A stretch of 64,000 bases of DNA from an uncultured Actinomycetes bacterium. Lineage in GTDB: Bacteria; Actinomycetota; Thermoleophilia; RBG-16-64-13. This document shows, in pieces, positions 8,664 through 18,372 of this stretch (position 1 is its first letter; each line of letters begins with the position of its first letter). The translations under genes were made by a program, and so were the position numbers. Location of the stretch: the NCBI GenBank assembly GCA_963841735.1, contig CAWJDT010000005.1, positions 32,001 to 96,000 on the forward strand, given 5' to 3'. Under the pieces are notes generated by a model. The model had not been told where the DNA came from, ran no database searches, and saw nothing but the letters and a program-made list of their open reading frames with translations.

Positions 8664-9707
8664 GTGATTATCGACATCAACATGCACCATCTTCCCCAGA
8701 ATCTGTTCAGTGACGAAAAGATCCTGGACGGCTTCTTGAGCACGGCCCCCCGCGGCCAACACGAGATCGCCTATATGGGCACCGTAGAGTCGGGCAAGAA
8801 GCAGCTGATTCTTGAGAAGCCCAAGGGCTACCAGAACCTCAACTACGTGGAGGGCGACTACTCCCTCGAGACCAAGCTCAAAGCCATGGATGAGAACGGC
8901 GTGGACATCGCGATTTTGCGCGTACCTGTCTGGCAGGAATGGCTTCGCCTGGAGACCTGCAAACTCGTCAACGACGAATCGGCCGACATGTGCAAGCGCT
9001 CCAACGGCCGCCTCTACGGCACCGCCTGCCTCCCCCCCTGGGGCGGCAAAGAGAACCTCTACGAACTAGAGCGTTGCATCAAGGACCTCGGCATGGTCGC
9101 CGTCCAGGTTGCCTGCCACTACGGCCAGCTCTACCTTGACGACGAGGCCTTCAAGCCATACCTCAAGGTCCTCAACGACATGAAAGTCCCGGTCATCGTG
9201 CATCACACGCCGCTACCGGTGCATTACCAGTCGGTCATCGACTGGACCAACCTGCGCCGCGAGATGGGCCGCATCATGGACCAGATGACCGCCGTCGGCC
9301 GCGAGCTCTTTAGCGGCATGTTCGACGAGTTCCCCGACCTCAAGTTCACCCACACCATGTTCGGCGGCAACTGGTTCGCCAACCAGAAGCTCATGACCCC
9401 CAAGAAGGGTGTGAAGAAGGAAGCCATGCTGCGCCTGGACATGAGCGAGGGCGAGCGGATCAGCAAGTACCTGGAGAACAACCTCTTCTTCGATACCACC
9501 CACCCGGCCTCGTGGGGCAAGGACCAGGTGGAGTGCGCCATCAAGGTGTCCGGCGCCGACCACATCCTGTTCGGCAGTTCGTTCCCGGTGTTCTACAACT
9601 GGATGAGCGACGGTGTGGAGTTCATGAAAACCCTGGACATCACCGAAGAGCAGCGCACGGCTATCATGAGCGGCAACGCTATCAAGATGTTCAACCTCAA
9701 GGTCTAA
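8664..9707 (+). CDS. Amidohydrolase_2 family protein (ACMSD/aromatic decarboxylase-like)
   Basis: MIIDINMHH, PVIVHH, FDEFPDLK, 'GADHILFGSSFP'. Confidence 0.88.
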   Translation: MIIDINMHHLPQNLFSDEKILDGFLSTAPRGQHEIAYMGTVESGKKQLILEKPKGYQNLNYVEGDYSLETKLKAMDENGVDIAILRVPVWQEWLRLETCKLVNDESADMCKRSNGRLYGTACLPPWGGKENLYELERCIKDLGMVAVQVACHYGQLYLDDEAFKPYLKVLNDMKVPVIVHHTPLPVHYQSVIDWTNLRREMGRIMDQMTAVGRELFSGMFDEFPDLKFTHTMFGGNWFANQKLMTPKKGVKKEAMLRLDMSEGERISKYLENNLFFDTTHPASWGKDQVECAIKVSGADHILFGSSFPVFYNWMSDGVEFMKTLDITEEQRTAIMSGNAIKMFNLKV

Positions 9708-9736
9708 GTAGCAGACGAACAGTCTCAAAGTCCTTG

Positions 9737-9777
9737 GCGCCCAGGATAGCCTCGTGCAGCATGGCTATCCTGGGCGC
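9737..9777 (+). terminator. 15-bp stem hairpin after amidohydrolase
   Basis: GCGCCCAGGATAGCC-N11-GGCTATCCTGGGCGC. Confidence 0.7.
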
Positions 9778-9796
9778 TTCCTAAAGTCTGGGTCCG

Positions 9797-10882
9797 ATGG
9801 TTGATATCTCAACACTCGTTGCGCTCGGCTATTCGCCCCGTTGGCAGGCGCTATTCACACCCTTCGCCACACAGGGTCTGGCGCCCGCCAGGGTGATCCG
9901 CAGCGACAGGGGCAGCGCGCTTGTGGCCACGCCTGCCGGCGTCGTCCGCGCTCAGCTCTCGGCCCCCCTCTTCAAGTCCATCAAAGGCACGGCCAAGATG
10001 CCGGCTGTCGGCGACTGGGTGGCCGTCCAGGTGGTCGATGAGCCAGACCTCTCCCTCATCGAAGCCGTGCTCGAGCGCACAAGCGCCATCACGCGCGGCG
10101 ATCCGGGTGGCGGCTCCGAGGTGCAAGTGCTGGCCGCCAACATCGATACGGTGTTCGTCGTTCACCCCATCGGCGAACCGCCCAACCTGCGCCGTATCGA
10201 ACGGGAGCTCTCTCTTGCGTGGGACTCGAACGCCGTCCCCGTGGTGGTGCTTACAAAGGCGGACCTCTCCCCCGACCCAGAGGAGGCGCGGCAGACGGTC
10301 GAGGCAGTCGCGTCGGATGTGGACGTGCTTGTTACCAACGCCCTCTCGGGCGAGACCGCCGAGCTGCTTCTCGCCTACATAACCAATCAGCGCACCGCGG
10401 TCCTGGTGGGACCTTCGGGTGCGGGCAAGTCCACGCTCATCAACGCTCTCCTCGGCGAGGAGCGCCAAGCAACAGGCGAGGTACGTCTGGGCGACGGCCA
10501 CGGTCGCCACACCACAGTCGCCCGTGAACTCATCCAGATGCCCCGCGGGGGCATTCTGATCGATACCCCTGGTCTTCGGGCACTCGGCCTCACCGGTTCG
10601 GAGGAGGGCATCGCCTCGGTGTTCTCTGACATCGAGGAGGCCTCGCGGTCATGCCGCTTTCGCGACTGTACGCACAACGGCGAGCCCGGCTGCGCGGTAC
10701 AAATGGCCTTGGAGTCAGGGACGCTCTCCCCCGAGCGACTGGCCAGCTATCGGAAGCTGATGGACGAGGCCCGAGTCGTCGCCGGCAAGACAGACGCAGC
10801 CCTTCGCGCCGCCGAGAAACGCAAGGCAAAGATCTTCAGCAAGGTCGTCAAGGACTACCACAAACACAGCGACCGCGGCTGA
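9797..10882 (+). CDS. rsgA: Ribosome small subunit-dependent GTPase A
   Basis: PAVGDWV, LTKAD, GPSGAGKSTLIN, GRHTT, IDTPG, CRFRDCTHNGEPGCAV zinc finger. Confidence 0.93.
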   Translation: MVDISTLVALGYSPRWQALFTPFATQGLAPARVIRSDRGSALVATPAGVVRAQLSAPLFKSIKGTAKMPAVGDWVAVQVVDEPDLSLIEAVLERTSAITRGDPGGGSEVQVLAANIDTVFVVHPIGEPPNLRRIERELSLAWDSNAVPVVVLTKADLSPDPEEARQTVEAVASDVDVLVTNALSGETAELLLAYITNQRTAVLVGPSGAGKSTLINALLGEERQATGEVRLGDGHGRHTTVARELIQMPRGGILIDTPGLRALGLTGSEEGIASVFSDIEEASRSCRFRDCTHNGEPGCAVQMALESGTLSPERLASYRKLMDEARVVAGKTDAALRAAEKRKAKIFSKVVKDYHKHSDRG

Positions 10883-10936
10883 GCAACCGTTTGGTTGCCG
10901 ACGAGCCTATCCGTCAGCGTCTATAGCCAGACGCGC

Positions 10937-11182
10937 TCATTCTTCGTGCGAGCTCGAGGCGAAGCCACGGCTCCCATCCCAAGTCTCCTGAGAGACGTCC
11001 GGCCTCATCCCGGTGCCGGGGAAGCTGGCCTCTCGCAGCTTGAACGACTCGCCCCCCTCATGCCGCGCGATGGCCAGTCGCAGGCCTTCCTCCACCAGAT
11101 TGCGCATAGTCGTACGCTCCGCGGCGGCTATGAACTTGGCCTCCCGAAAGAGCGCATCGGCAATATCTATGGTTGTTTTCAT
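10937..11182 (-). CDS. VapB-like ribbon-helix-helix antitoxin (orphan, copy 1)
   Basis: MKTTIDIADALFREAK...TTMRNLVEEGLR. Confidence 0.75.
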   Translation of the reverse strand: MKTTIDIADALFREAKFIAAAERTTMRNLVEEGLRLAIARHEGGESFKLREASFPGTGMRPDVSQETWDGSRGFASSSHEE

Positions 11183-11274
11183 AGATTGGAGATTACCAGC
11201 AAGCGATGACCGTGTATACGATATCCCGCTCCGCATCGATGAATCGGTGACCAGCATTCACGCCCTCGCCTACG

Positions 11275-12570
11275 TCAATGGTCCTGAGTGGCAACAGATT
11301 GTTCGTTGGACGCCCGAAGGCTGGGTCCACGAAACAGTCCCCTGGTATGCAGGAACAGATATCCGAAGAGCGCTGCAAGAGCTACTGCGCCTCCCGCTAA
11401 GAAGATAGAACCGAGACCGGTGTGGTCGGCCATCACCCCAAGCGCTATGGCCCCTAACGCTCCGCCTAGGTCCATCGCCATGAAGAAGGTCGAATTGGCC
11501 AATCCACGCCGTTCGTCCCTAGCCAATACGACCGCCAATGAATGGAGTTCTGGCTGAAGCATTCCCATCGCGAAACCGGATAGCGCGCCACAAATCACCA
11601 GAACGGTCACATCGTTCATCCAGAACATCACTACCATGCTTATGCTGGCCAGCGCCATGCCCGGGCCCAGCACCGCAACAGAGCCGAACCTCTGCGAGAT
11701 CCTACCAACGAAAAGCCTTGCCGCAGCGACCGCGATCGCACTCGCGATGAAGAACACACCTGGATTATCTATCTGCTTGGCGACCGCATAGACGATGACA
11801 AAAGTCATGAAACAGCTACTGGCGAACATGAAGACCAGCATGATGGCGGCCGGCTTCAAAGCGTCCCTATCGACAAGTTTCTCCCACACTCTTTCCTTCA
11901 CGCCACCGGGGAGCTGCGGCCGCGAGTCAACCGCGCCGTTATCCCAGACAGTGCTCGGAATCGCAGCACTCACCTGCCGCTTCCCAGCCGAGCGGAGCGT
12001 CAATGCTGCCAACACATTCACAAAGGCCGTACCGAAAATCACCAGGTAGGTGACCTGGTAGCCGAAAGCATCCTTAAGTGTGAGAGCGACCATGGGGAAG
12101 AATGCCCTGGAGATAGTCTGCGACAGACCGAAATATCCTATGCCTTCCGACATCCTATGCTTCGGAATGGCGTCCGTAGCCATGGTCATGAGCGCCGTCC
12201 CGATGAAGCTGAAGCCCAAGCCCTGCAGCCCTCTCATCACAAGAAACAGCGGAAGAGGGATGCGCGCTGAGAAGAACCCGCTGGCGACTAGAAAGACCAC
12301 CGTCCCGATGATTAGCGGCAGGTACCGCCCCTTGGTGTCAACTAGTCTTCCCACGATCGGGCGGAAGGCGACGGCAACCAACATGTACACGGTCGTCGTC
12401 AGACCCGCAACGAACTTCGAATAGCCCATGTCGACCATGTAGAGTGGCAGAAGGGCTCCGAGCATGCCGAGCATGATCCTCTGGAGCAGATCCGCAAACA
12501 TGATGTTTACGTACCTGCGGGTGAAGATCCTTTCACGCGTCTCCGCCGAGGGCCGTGCTGGCCTCGTCAC
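11275..12570 (-). CDS. MFS transporter
   Basis: About 12 TM segments; GRLVDTKGR motif A. Confidence 0.9.
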   Translation of the reverse strand: MTRPARPSAETRERIFTRRYVNIMFADLLQRIMLGMLGALLPLYMVDMGYSKFVAGLTTTVYMLVAVAFRPIVGRLVDTKGRYLPLIIGTVVFLVASGFFSARIPLPLFLVMRGLQGLGFSFIGTALMTMATDAIPKHRMSEGIGYFGLSQTISRAFFPMVALTLKDAFGYQVTYLVIFGTAFVNVLAALTLRSAGKRQVSAAIPSTVWDNGAVDSRPQLPGGVKERVWEKLVDRDALKPAAIMLVFMFASSCFMTFVIVYAVAKQIDNPGVFFIASAIAVAAARLFVGRISQRFGSVAVLGPGMALASISMVVMFWMNDVTVLVICGALSGFAMGMLQPELHSLAVVLARDERRGLANSTFFMAMDLGGALGAIALGVMADHTGLGSIFLAGGAVALAALFGYLFLHTRGLFRGPSLRASNEQSVATQDH

Positions 12571-12638
12571 TTCAGGTAGCGGTCGGGCATGACGTTATAT
12601 CTTGTTATGTTCCACCGGCCCCCACCGGGCGGCAGCCT

Positions 12639-13988
12639 CTACGAACTACCCAACTCCTTGAACATCTCGAGCGTAAGCTTTTCCAGAGATGCGAGCACAT
12701 AGCCAGGCAGCATATGGCTGTTCCCGCGGCCGGGCAACACGCCGCATGTGTTACAAACAAGCGCCTCATCGTCGAAGATGTAGTGAGAGCGTGCTATCAG
12801 AGTAGCGTCGTGGTTGATGAGGACGGTGTTCTCGAGCGGTGAGATCTCCTTGATATGCGCGCCCAGAGACGAGTAGAGCTCTCCACTGAACCCAAAGAGG
12901 GCGACATCGCCCATCTTCACTAGATGCAGGCGGATCTCGTAGGGATCGACGCCCTCCCCCACCATCTCTTGGGTGCCGTCGCCCTGCTCCATGATGTCGC
13001 GCCCAGGAGTGAACGACCACGCGACCGTTCCAGCTATGGGAGCTGAGTCGACGCGACACTCAATCGTGCGGATGACCTTCAAGATGTCGGCCAGATGCCG
13101 GCCGGCAAGCGTCGCGAGAACGGCAGGGGCTCCGTCTCCCAGGCGGCACAGCGCCGGACGCCCTGTCTTGTGATCTGGGTAGAAGATCTCGTTCATCAAC
13201 AGCGGATTGACGTCACCCGCCGCCCCGCTGGACCACACGGCCACGCTCCCGGGGTATCTTCCCTCTACGCCGCGGCAGACACACCCACTGAGATCGCCGC
13301 CGATACCTATCTTGCCATCGCAGCAGTCATTGCCGATCATCACGCAACTGTGCACCGGGTAGTTCATGAAGAACGCGATGGGCTTGCCGTCCAGGTCCTC
13401 GAACCTAAGAACGAACAGAGAGCGGTCGGTGGGTGTCTCCGGGTTGGCGCCAAGTGCGCACTCCCGGTGCACCTCGCCCCTCTCATCGATCCACTCGTAC
13501 ACCTGGTTGCGATTGACGTTGATGTAGCTCTCTCCGCACGCGTATCCCATCCTGGCAGGACGCATGTCTGCGATCGCCTCGTCGACGACCCTGAGCAAGG
13601 TGCCGATAACCTGCCGCTCGTATTCAGCCTGAGCCGCCTGTACCTCGGGCACCTTCAGACTCACATCGTTGATAGACTCCTCGGGACGGGACCCGGTCAC
13701 CGGAGCTGTGTGAGTATGAGTACTGAAGTACAGGATGTTCTCCTGGGGGATCCCGGTGCGCTCTGAGATTACCGCCAGATTCTCGGCCGGATGCAGTGCC
13801 TTGTCCAAGTCGAAGCCGATGATCAAGGCCTTGCTCTCACCCTGGCCGACCGCGATGACACGTAGATAGAGGTCGTCGAGCACCCCCCCGAAGCTGTCGT
13901 CTCGCAGGGCGCGGAGATTCGGTATGAGAGCAGCCGCCGGGGTGATCAGTCCGCGCGCCGCCCCACAGGTAGAATGGTCAGTCCTCAT
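12639..13988 (-). CDS. Neutral/alkaline ceramidase-like hydrolase (copy 1)
   Basis: CGAAR..ITP, DDLYLR, STHTHTAP, NVNR, NYPVH, GAAGDVNP, GELYSSLG. Confidence 0.8.
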   Translation of the reverse strand: MRTDHSTCGAARGLITPAAALIPNLRALRDDSFGGVLDDLYLRVIAVGQGESKALIIGFDLDKALHPAENLAVISERTGIPQENILYFSTHTHTAPVTGSRPEESINDVSLKVPEVQAAQAEYERQVIGTLLRVVDEAIADMRPARMGYACGESYINVNRNQVYEWIDERGEVHRECALGANPETPTDRSLFVLRFEDLDGKPIAFFMNYPVHSCVMIGNDCCDGKIGIGGDLSGCVCRGVEGRYPGSVAVWSSGAAGDVNPLLMNEIFYPDHKTGRPALCRLGDGAPAVLATLAGRHLADILKVIRTIECRVDSAPIAGTVAWSFTPGRDIMEQGDGTQEMVGEGVDPYEIRLHLVKMGDVALFGFSGELYSSLGAHIKEISPLENTVLINHDATLIARSHYIFDDEALVCNTCGVLPGRGNSHMLPGYVLASLEKLTLEMFKELGSS

Positions 13989-14832
13989 CGTCAGGCTTGT
14001 CCTTGTATTCGGCATATAGTTTGGGTAGGAACACACTCAGCTGCTGGGCTTCCACTGTGGCGTGGGTGATGACCTTCTTCAGATACTCCTCGCAGAGCAT
14101 GGAGTCCGGGGTCGTCTCGTCTCTCGTGACCTTGCCGTCCTTTACCCCCCAGCCTATCCACTCGCGCGTACACTTCTCCATCACGCCCAGGGGGCTGGTG
14201 CGCGAGAGGGTGAGCATCAGATGAGTGCCGGGCCCCTGCGGGTATCCAGGCTCGAGCGTGTGGAACGACTCATAAGCGGAGTCGACAAAACACTTGGCCT
14301 CGTCCAGAGCCTGCCGCCGTTCCTCGGAAAGACCATATTCCTTGAGATCGACAGCGTGCCGGATGGTATAGCCCATCTCCTCACCCTGCCCCAGGTCCAG
14401 GGACTCCACCGTATACACGCCGTCCCACTTGTCCTTGCCGTTGATGAAGCCGTGATCCCAGTGGTCGGCCGGGTTCCAGATCTTGTACTTCAGGTTGCCC
14501 TGGTCCTTGGGCATGCCCGTGGTGTGCACATTCAGCCACCGGAAGTACCAGGCGAGCATCTGCGGTGTGCAGTTCGGGTAGGTCGTGTACACCGCCAGGT
14601 AGCCGGTGCCATCGTCCATCATGCAGTAGCCGTACTCCACCTCCTGGTAGCCGGTCGGCTGCAGCAGGTCGAGAAAATTCTCGGGCTTGATCGCCAGCTT
14701 GGGATCCATGGGGCCCGCGTCGATGAGCTGCTGTTGCAGAGGACCGGGCCCGTTTAATGGCAGATCGTAATATTTCGCCAGAGGTAGCTTCCTCTCCGCG
14801 GCACTGATTTCAAGCCTGTTAATAATAAGCAT
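13978..14832 (-). CDS. PhlG/phloretin hydrolase (DAPG hydrolase) family C-C hydrolase, paralog 1
   Basis: TPQMLAWYFRW, KYKIWNPADH, VESLDLG, WIG, HATVEAQQLSVFLPKLYAE. Confidence 0.85.
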   Translation of the reverse strand: MLIINRLEISAAERKLPLAKYYDLPLNGPGPLQQQLIDAGPMDPKLAIKPENFLDLLQPTGYQEVEYGYCMMDDGTGYLAVYTTYPNCTPQMLAWYFRWLNVHTTGMPKDQGNLKYKIWNPADHWDHGFINGKDKWDGVYTVESLDLGQGEEMGYTIRHAVDLKEYGLSEERRQALDEAKCFVDSAYESFHTLEPGYPQGPGTHLMLTLSRTSPLGVMEKCTREWIGWGVKDGKVTRDETTPDSMLCEEYLKKVITHATVEAQQLSVFLPKLYAEYKDKPDDED

Positions 14833-14890
14833 CGATATTGTTCCTTTCTCGCCCGGACATCCAGACAGACCGGCTTCGTCGGTGGAAGCC

Positions 14891-15640
14891 TTATCCTCTG
14901 TTGTCCGCAAGCCATTCCATGATGTTCTTCCAGAGCACGGGGTAGCACTTCCAGCTGAGGACCTCCGGAAGCGCCCAGTGCGGCAGACAGTCGAACGCAG
15001 TAGCCACAGATCTCCCCCTGCCGTACTCTCCCGCAGCCAGTCCCACCGAGCCCCCCATCTTCACTACTACCTGCGTACCCTCCCTCTCCTCCAGGTAGTT
15101 GTAGCCCAGATAACGCGGCCAAGGCTCCTCGATCCCCTTCATCAAAGGATGATCCATGTCCGCGATGACCGGCGCCACGCCCTCCGGGCTATCTATCCGA
15201 TCGTCGTGGTTCATCATCTTCACGGGCAACACCTCGGCCAACGGAGTCATGCCGTACCGCGCCTTGCCCTCGAAGCCACAGAAGCTCATGTAGCCCCCTA
15301 TCATGAGCAACCCGCCACCCTGCAGCACAAACTCTCGAATCGCCCGGAGGCGGTTCCCTTTGATCTCGCACTTGAACATCATGTCCGGATGGAGCAGCAG
15401 GGTGTTGCTGGTGATATCGCTTAGGATCACCACGTCATAGGAGGCCAAAGCCTCCGCAGTATCGGGGAAGGAGAGCTGCGCTATGTGATTCGGCAGCCAG
15501 GTGACGTCCATCCCGAGGCCCTCGAGCGTGCGCACGAACGGCTCGCCCACCGGCTCGTACCTGCCTAGGGTGGCAAAATCGAAGCCCTTGGTATGGCTCT
15601 CGGTGGTTATGAAGGATTCTCCGGCCAGAAGTACTTTCAT
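14891..15640 (-). CDS. Class I glutamine amidotransferase-like protein (DUF1355/GATase1-like)
   Basis: MKVLLAGES, YDVVILSDI..NTLLL, GGGLLMIGGYMSF, LAEVLPV. Confidence 0.88.
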   Translation of the reverse strand: MKVLLAGESFITTESHTKGFDFATLGRYEPVGEPFVRTLEGLGMDVTWLPNHIAQLSFPDTAEALASYDVVILSDITSNTLLLHPDMMFKCEIKGNRLRAIREFVLQGGGLLMIGGYMSFCGFEGKARYGMTPLAEVLPVKMMNHDDRIDSPEGVAPVIADMDHPLMKGIEEPWPRYLGYNYLEEREGTQVVVKMGGSVGLAAGEYGRGRSVATAFDCLPHWALPEVLSWKCYPVLWKNIMEWLADNRG

Positions 15641-15649
15641 CGCATCACC

Positions 15650-16501
15650 TCAAAGCTGGTCATCGGGCTTCTCGTGATATTCGGCATACAGTTCGGGGAG
15701 GATCTTGCCCAGGCGCTGGGCCTCCACAGTGTTGTGGTAGAGCACGTTCTTCATATAGTCGACGCTCAGCATGTAGTCGGGGGTGCTCTCGTCGAAGTAG
15801 ATCTTTCCGTCCTTCACGCCGTATCCGATCCACTCCCGGGTGCGCTTCTCTACGCCGCCGTTCGGACAGCGGCGTGACAGCGTCAGAGTGAGGTGCGTGC
15901 CTGGCAGCAGGGTGTGTGGCTCCTCCGGCGTGTAGAACTTCTCGACGGCGCAATCCACCCAACACCCGGCGTCGCTCAGCTCTTTCTGCCGCTCTTCTGT
16001 GAGGCCGTAGTCCCGCAGGTCGAAGGGGTGCCGTATCGAGTAGAACGGCTTTTCGCCCTTGCCCATATCCAAAGCCTCGACCTGGTAGATTCCGTCACTC
16101 TTGTCGCGTCCGTTGATGAAGCCGTGGTCCAGATGATCCACGGGGTTCCATACCTTGTACTTGAGATTGTGACCAATGGGCATTCCCGGCGTGTGCACGT
16201 TCAACCACCGGAACCACCAACCCAGCATCTGCGTGGTGCAATAGGGATAAAGCGTATATGCAGCGATGTAGCCCGAGCCATCAGGCATCCGACAGCAGCC
16301 CAATTCCACGTTGAAGTAGTCGGTGGGGTGCAGAAGGTCCAAGAAATCCTCGACCTTGATGGCGTCCACCGGGTCCATCGGACACGCAGCGATTATCTGC
16401 AGTTGCAGAGGCCCTGGGGTATACAGCGGCAGGTCGTAGTACTTCGCTAGGGGCATCTTCTCTTCTTCCGGCAGAAGGCCGGGGCGTTCAGTAATCAGCA
16501 T
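15650..16501 (-). CDS. PhlG/phloretin hydrolase family C-C hydrolase, paralog 2
   Basis: MLGWWFRW, KYKVWNPVDH, VEALDMG, HNTVEAQRLGKILPELYAE. Confidence 0.85.
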   Translation of the reverse strand: MLITERPGLLPEEEKMPLAKYYDLPLYTPGPLQLQIIAACPMDPVDAIKVEDFLDLLHPTDYFNVELGCCRMPDGSGYIAAYTLYPYCTTQMLGWWFRWLNVHTPGMPIGHNLKYKVWNPVDHLDHGFINGRDKSDGIYQVEALDMGKGEKPFYSIRHPFDLRDYGLTEERQKELSDAGCWVDCAVEKFYTPEEPHTLLPGTHLTLTLSRRCPNGGVEKRTREWIGYGVKDGKIYFDESTPDYMLSVDYMKNVLYHNTVEAQRLGKILPELYAEYHEKPDDQL

Positions 16502-16575
16502 CTTCCCTGTCTCTCTCGTCTTCTCTCTCGTCTTCTCTCTCAGTCCTCAGCTAGGCCGCTCGCGGTAACCTGGCG

Positions 16576-17482
16576 CTACTTCACATACTTGTCGAGGAAC
16601 CCGAATACTCGATCCAGGTTTGCCGGGCTGGTGAACACCGGGCTGTCGTGGCGCGCACCGTTGATGATGTCCAGCTGACAAAGGTCGGGCCCTACCTTCT
16701 CTCTGATGACCCGCGCAAGCTCCATGGACTGCTGCACGGGCACGCCCTCATCGTCGCGTCCGTGCTGGATCAGCAGCGGTGCCATGTCCGCTTTCACCCA
16801 TGTCATCGGATTCGCCAACGCCACCTTGTCCGGCACCTCGGCGATAGGTGCCCCGAGGTACTCCGACTCCGGCGAATCCGGCTCGCCGTGATTACAGCGT
16901 CCGTGCCCACCGGCAGCCAGCTGTTTGTCCATGGCCAGGAAATCAGTGGGTCCGTACCAGTCGAAACCTGCCTGCACCGCACTCGACTGCTCAGGGTTGC
17001 CGAGGTCCGGGTCTTCAAACATCTCCACTCCGGCCGTCGTGCACATCATGGCAGCGAAGTTGCCTCCCGAGGACTGTCCGCACGCCGCCACACGACTGGT
17101 ATCCAAGCCGATACTGCGCGCCATTCGCCCGCAGCCAGCGGAGGGCAGCCTTCACGTCCTGAAGCCCCGCGGGAAAAATGGCCTCTCCACTCAGGCGGTA
17201 GTTGACGCTCACCAACGCGTAGCCCCGATCCAACCCAGCCAGGTACGAAGCCAGGTAGATGTCGCGTTTGTCCCCCATGCGGAAACCGCCACCGTGCATG
17301 TAGAACAGAACCGGAAACGGACCGTCGCCCGTTTCGGGCAGATAGATGTCCAACTGCTGGGCCGGCGACGTGGGCGCATAGACCAAGTCGAGCCACTTCC
17401 GGCCGACATCCGGGATCTCGCCCATGGGTATAGACTTGGCACCGGGGACACCCGATACTTCAGGCATGCCCTCAGTCGTCAT
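16576..17482 (-). CDS. Alpha/beta hydrolase (HSL/BD-FAE-like esterase), frameshift near 17110
   Basis: HGGGF in one frame; GQSSGG, HGRDD, GARH in the next. Confidence 0.85.
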
Positions 17483-18332
17483 CGTCGGGCCTATCCTTGT
17501 ACTCGGCGTGAAGCTGAGGCAGAAACTCGCTCAGGTGCTGCGCCTCGATGGTGCAGTGGGTAAGCACCTTCCTCATTTCTTGCTCGGAGCACATTTCAGG
17601 ATTGGTCGTCTCGTCGCGCACCACCTTGCCGTCTTTCACCTTGTAGCCAATCCACTCGCGGGTGCGCTTCTCCATGTATCCCAACGGACTCATCCTGGAT
17701 AGCGTCAGCTGCAGGTGAGCGCCCGGCAGGGGCTTTTGATCCGGGAACGTATGGAAGGACTCATAGGCGCAGTCTACCCAGCAGCCTGCCTCGTTCAGGG
17801 CCTTTTCGCGCTCTTCGCTGAGACCCAACTCTCTGAGGTCGACGTAGTGCCGGATGGTGTAGAACTTGTCTTCACCCCGCCCCAGGTCGAGAGACTCCAC
17901 AGTGCCGATGCCGCCCCTGCGGTCCGCGTAGCCGTTCTCGTTCAAGAACACATGGTCCCAGTGATCGGGCGGACACCAGATCTTGTACTTGATGTTGCCC
18001 ATGCCCTCCGGCATGCTCTTCGGCCTGACGTTCAGCCAACGGAACCACCAGGCAAGCATCTGCGGCGTGCAGTTCTGATAGGTGGTGTAGACGGCCAGAT
18101 AACCGGTCCCATCCTCCATCACACAGTAGCCGTACTCCTGCTCGTCGTAGCCGGTGGGCTTGAGCAGATCCAGCATGTTCTCGACCTTGATCGCCTTCTT
18201 GGGATCCATGGGGCCGTAGTCAAGGATCTGCTGGTAGAGAGGCCCCACGGGACTCAGGGGCATGTCGTAGTACTTGGCCAGAGGCAGCTTCCTCTCCTCT
18301 GGACTCAGTTCTGGTCGATTGGCTATATACAT
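17472..18332 (-). CDS. PhlG/phloretin hydrolase family C-C hydrolase, paralog 3
   Basis: MLAWWFRW, KYKIWCPPDH, VESLDLG, HCTIEAQHLSEFLPQLHAE. Confidence 0.85.
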   Translation of the reverse strand: MYIANRPELSPEERKLPLAKYYDMPLSPVGPLYQQILDYGPMDPKKAIKVENMLDLLKPTGYDEQEYGYCVMEDGTGYLAVYTTYQNCTPQMLAWWFRWLNVRPKSMPEGMGNIKYKIWCPPDHWDHVFLNENGYADRRGGIGTVESLDLGRGEDKFYTIRHYVDLRELGLSEEREKALNEAGCWVDCAYESFHTFPDQKPLPGAHLQLTLSRMSPLGYMEKRTREWIGYKVKDGKVVRDETTNPEMCSEQEMRKVLTHCTIEAQHLSEFLPQLHAEYKDRPDDDD

Positions 18333-18372
18333 CCGCTATCTCCCTCTTTCACCTCTTTGCGTCTTCCTATTC

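Noticed and set aside
11205-11350. Protein-like plus-strand frame (YDIPLRIDES...WVHETVPWY)
   Set aside because: No convincing start or RBS and overlaps the MFS 3' end; cannot support as a gene or remnant
16509-16541. Short TCTCTCTCGTCT tandem repeat upstream of PhlG paralog 2
   Set aside because: Under three copies of a low-complexity purine tract near the RBS; no sign of phase variation
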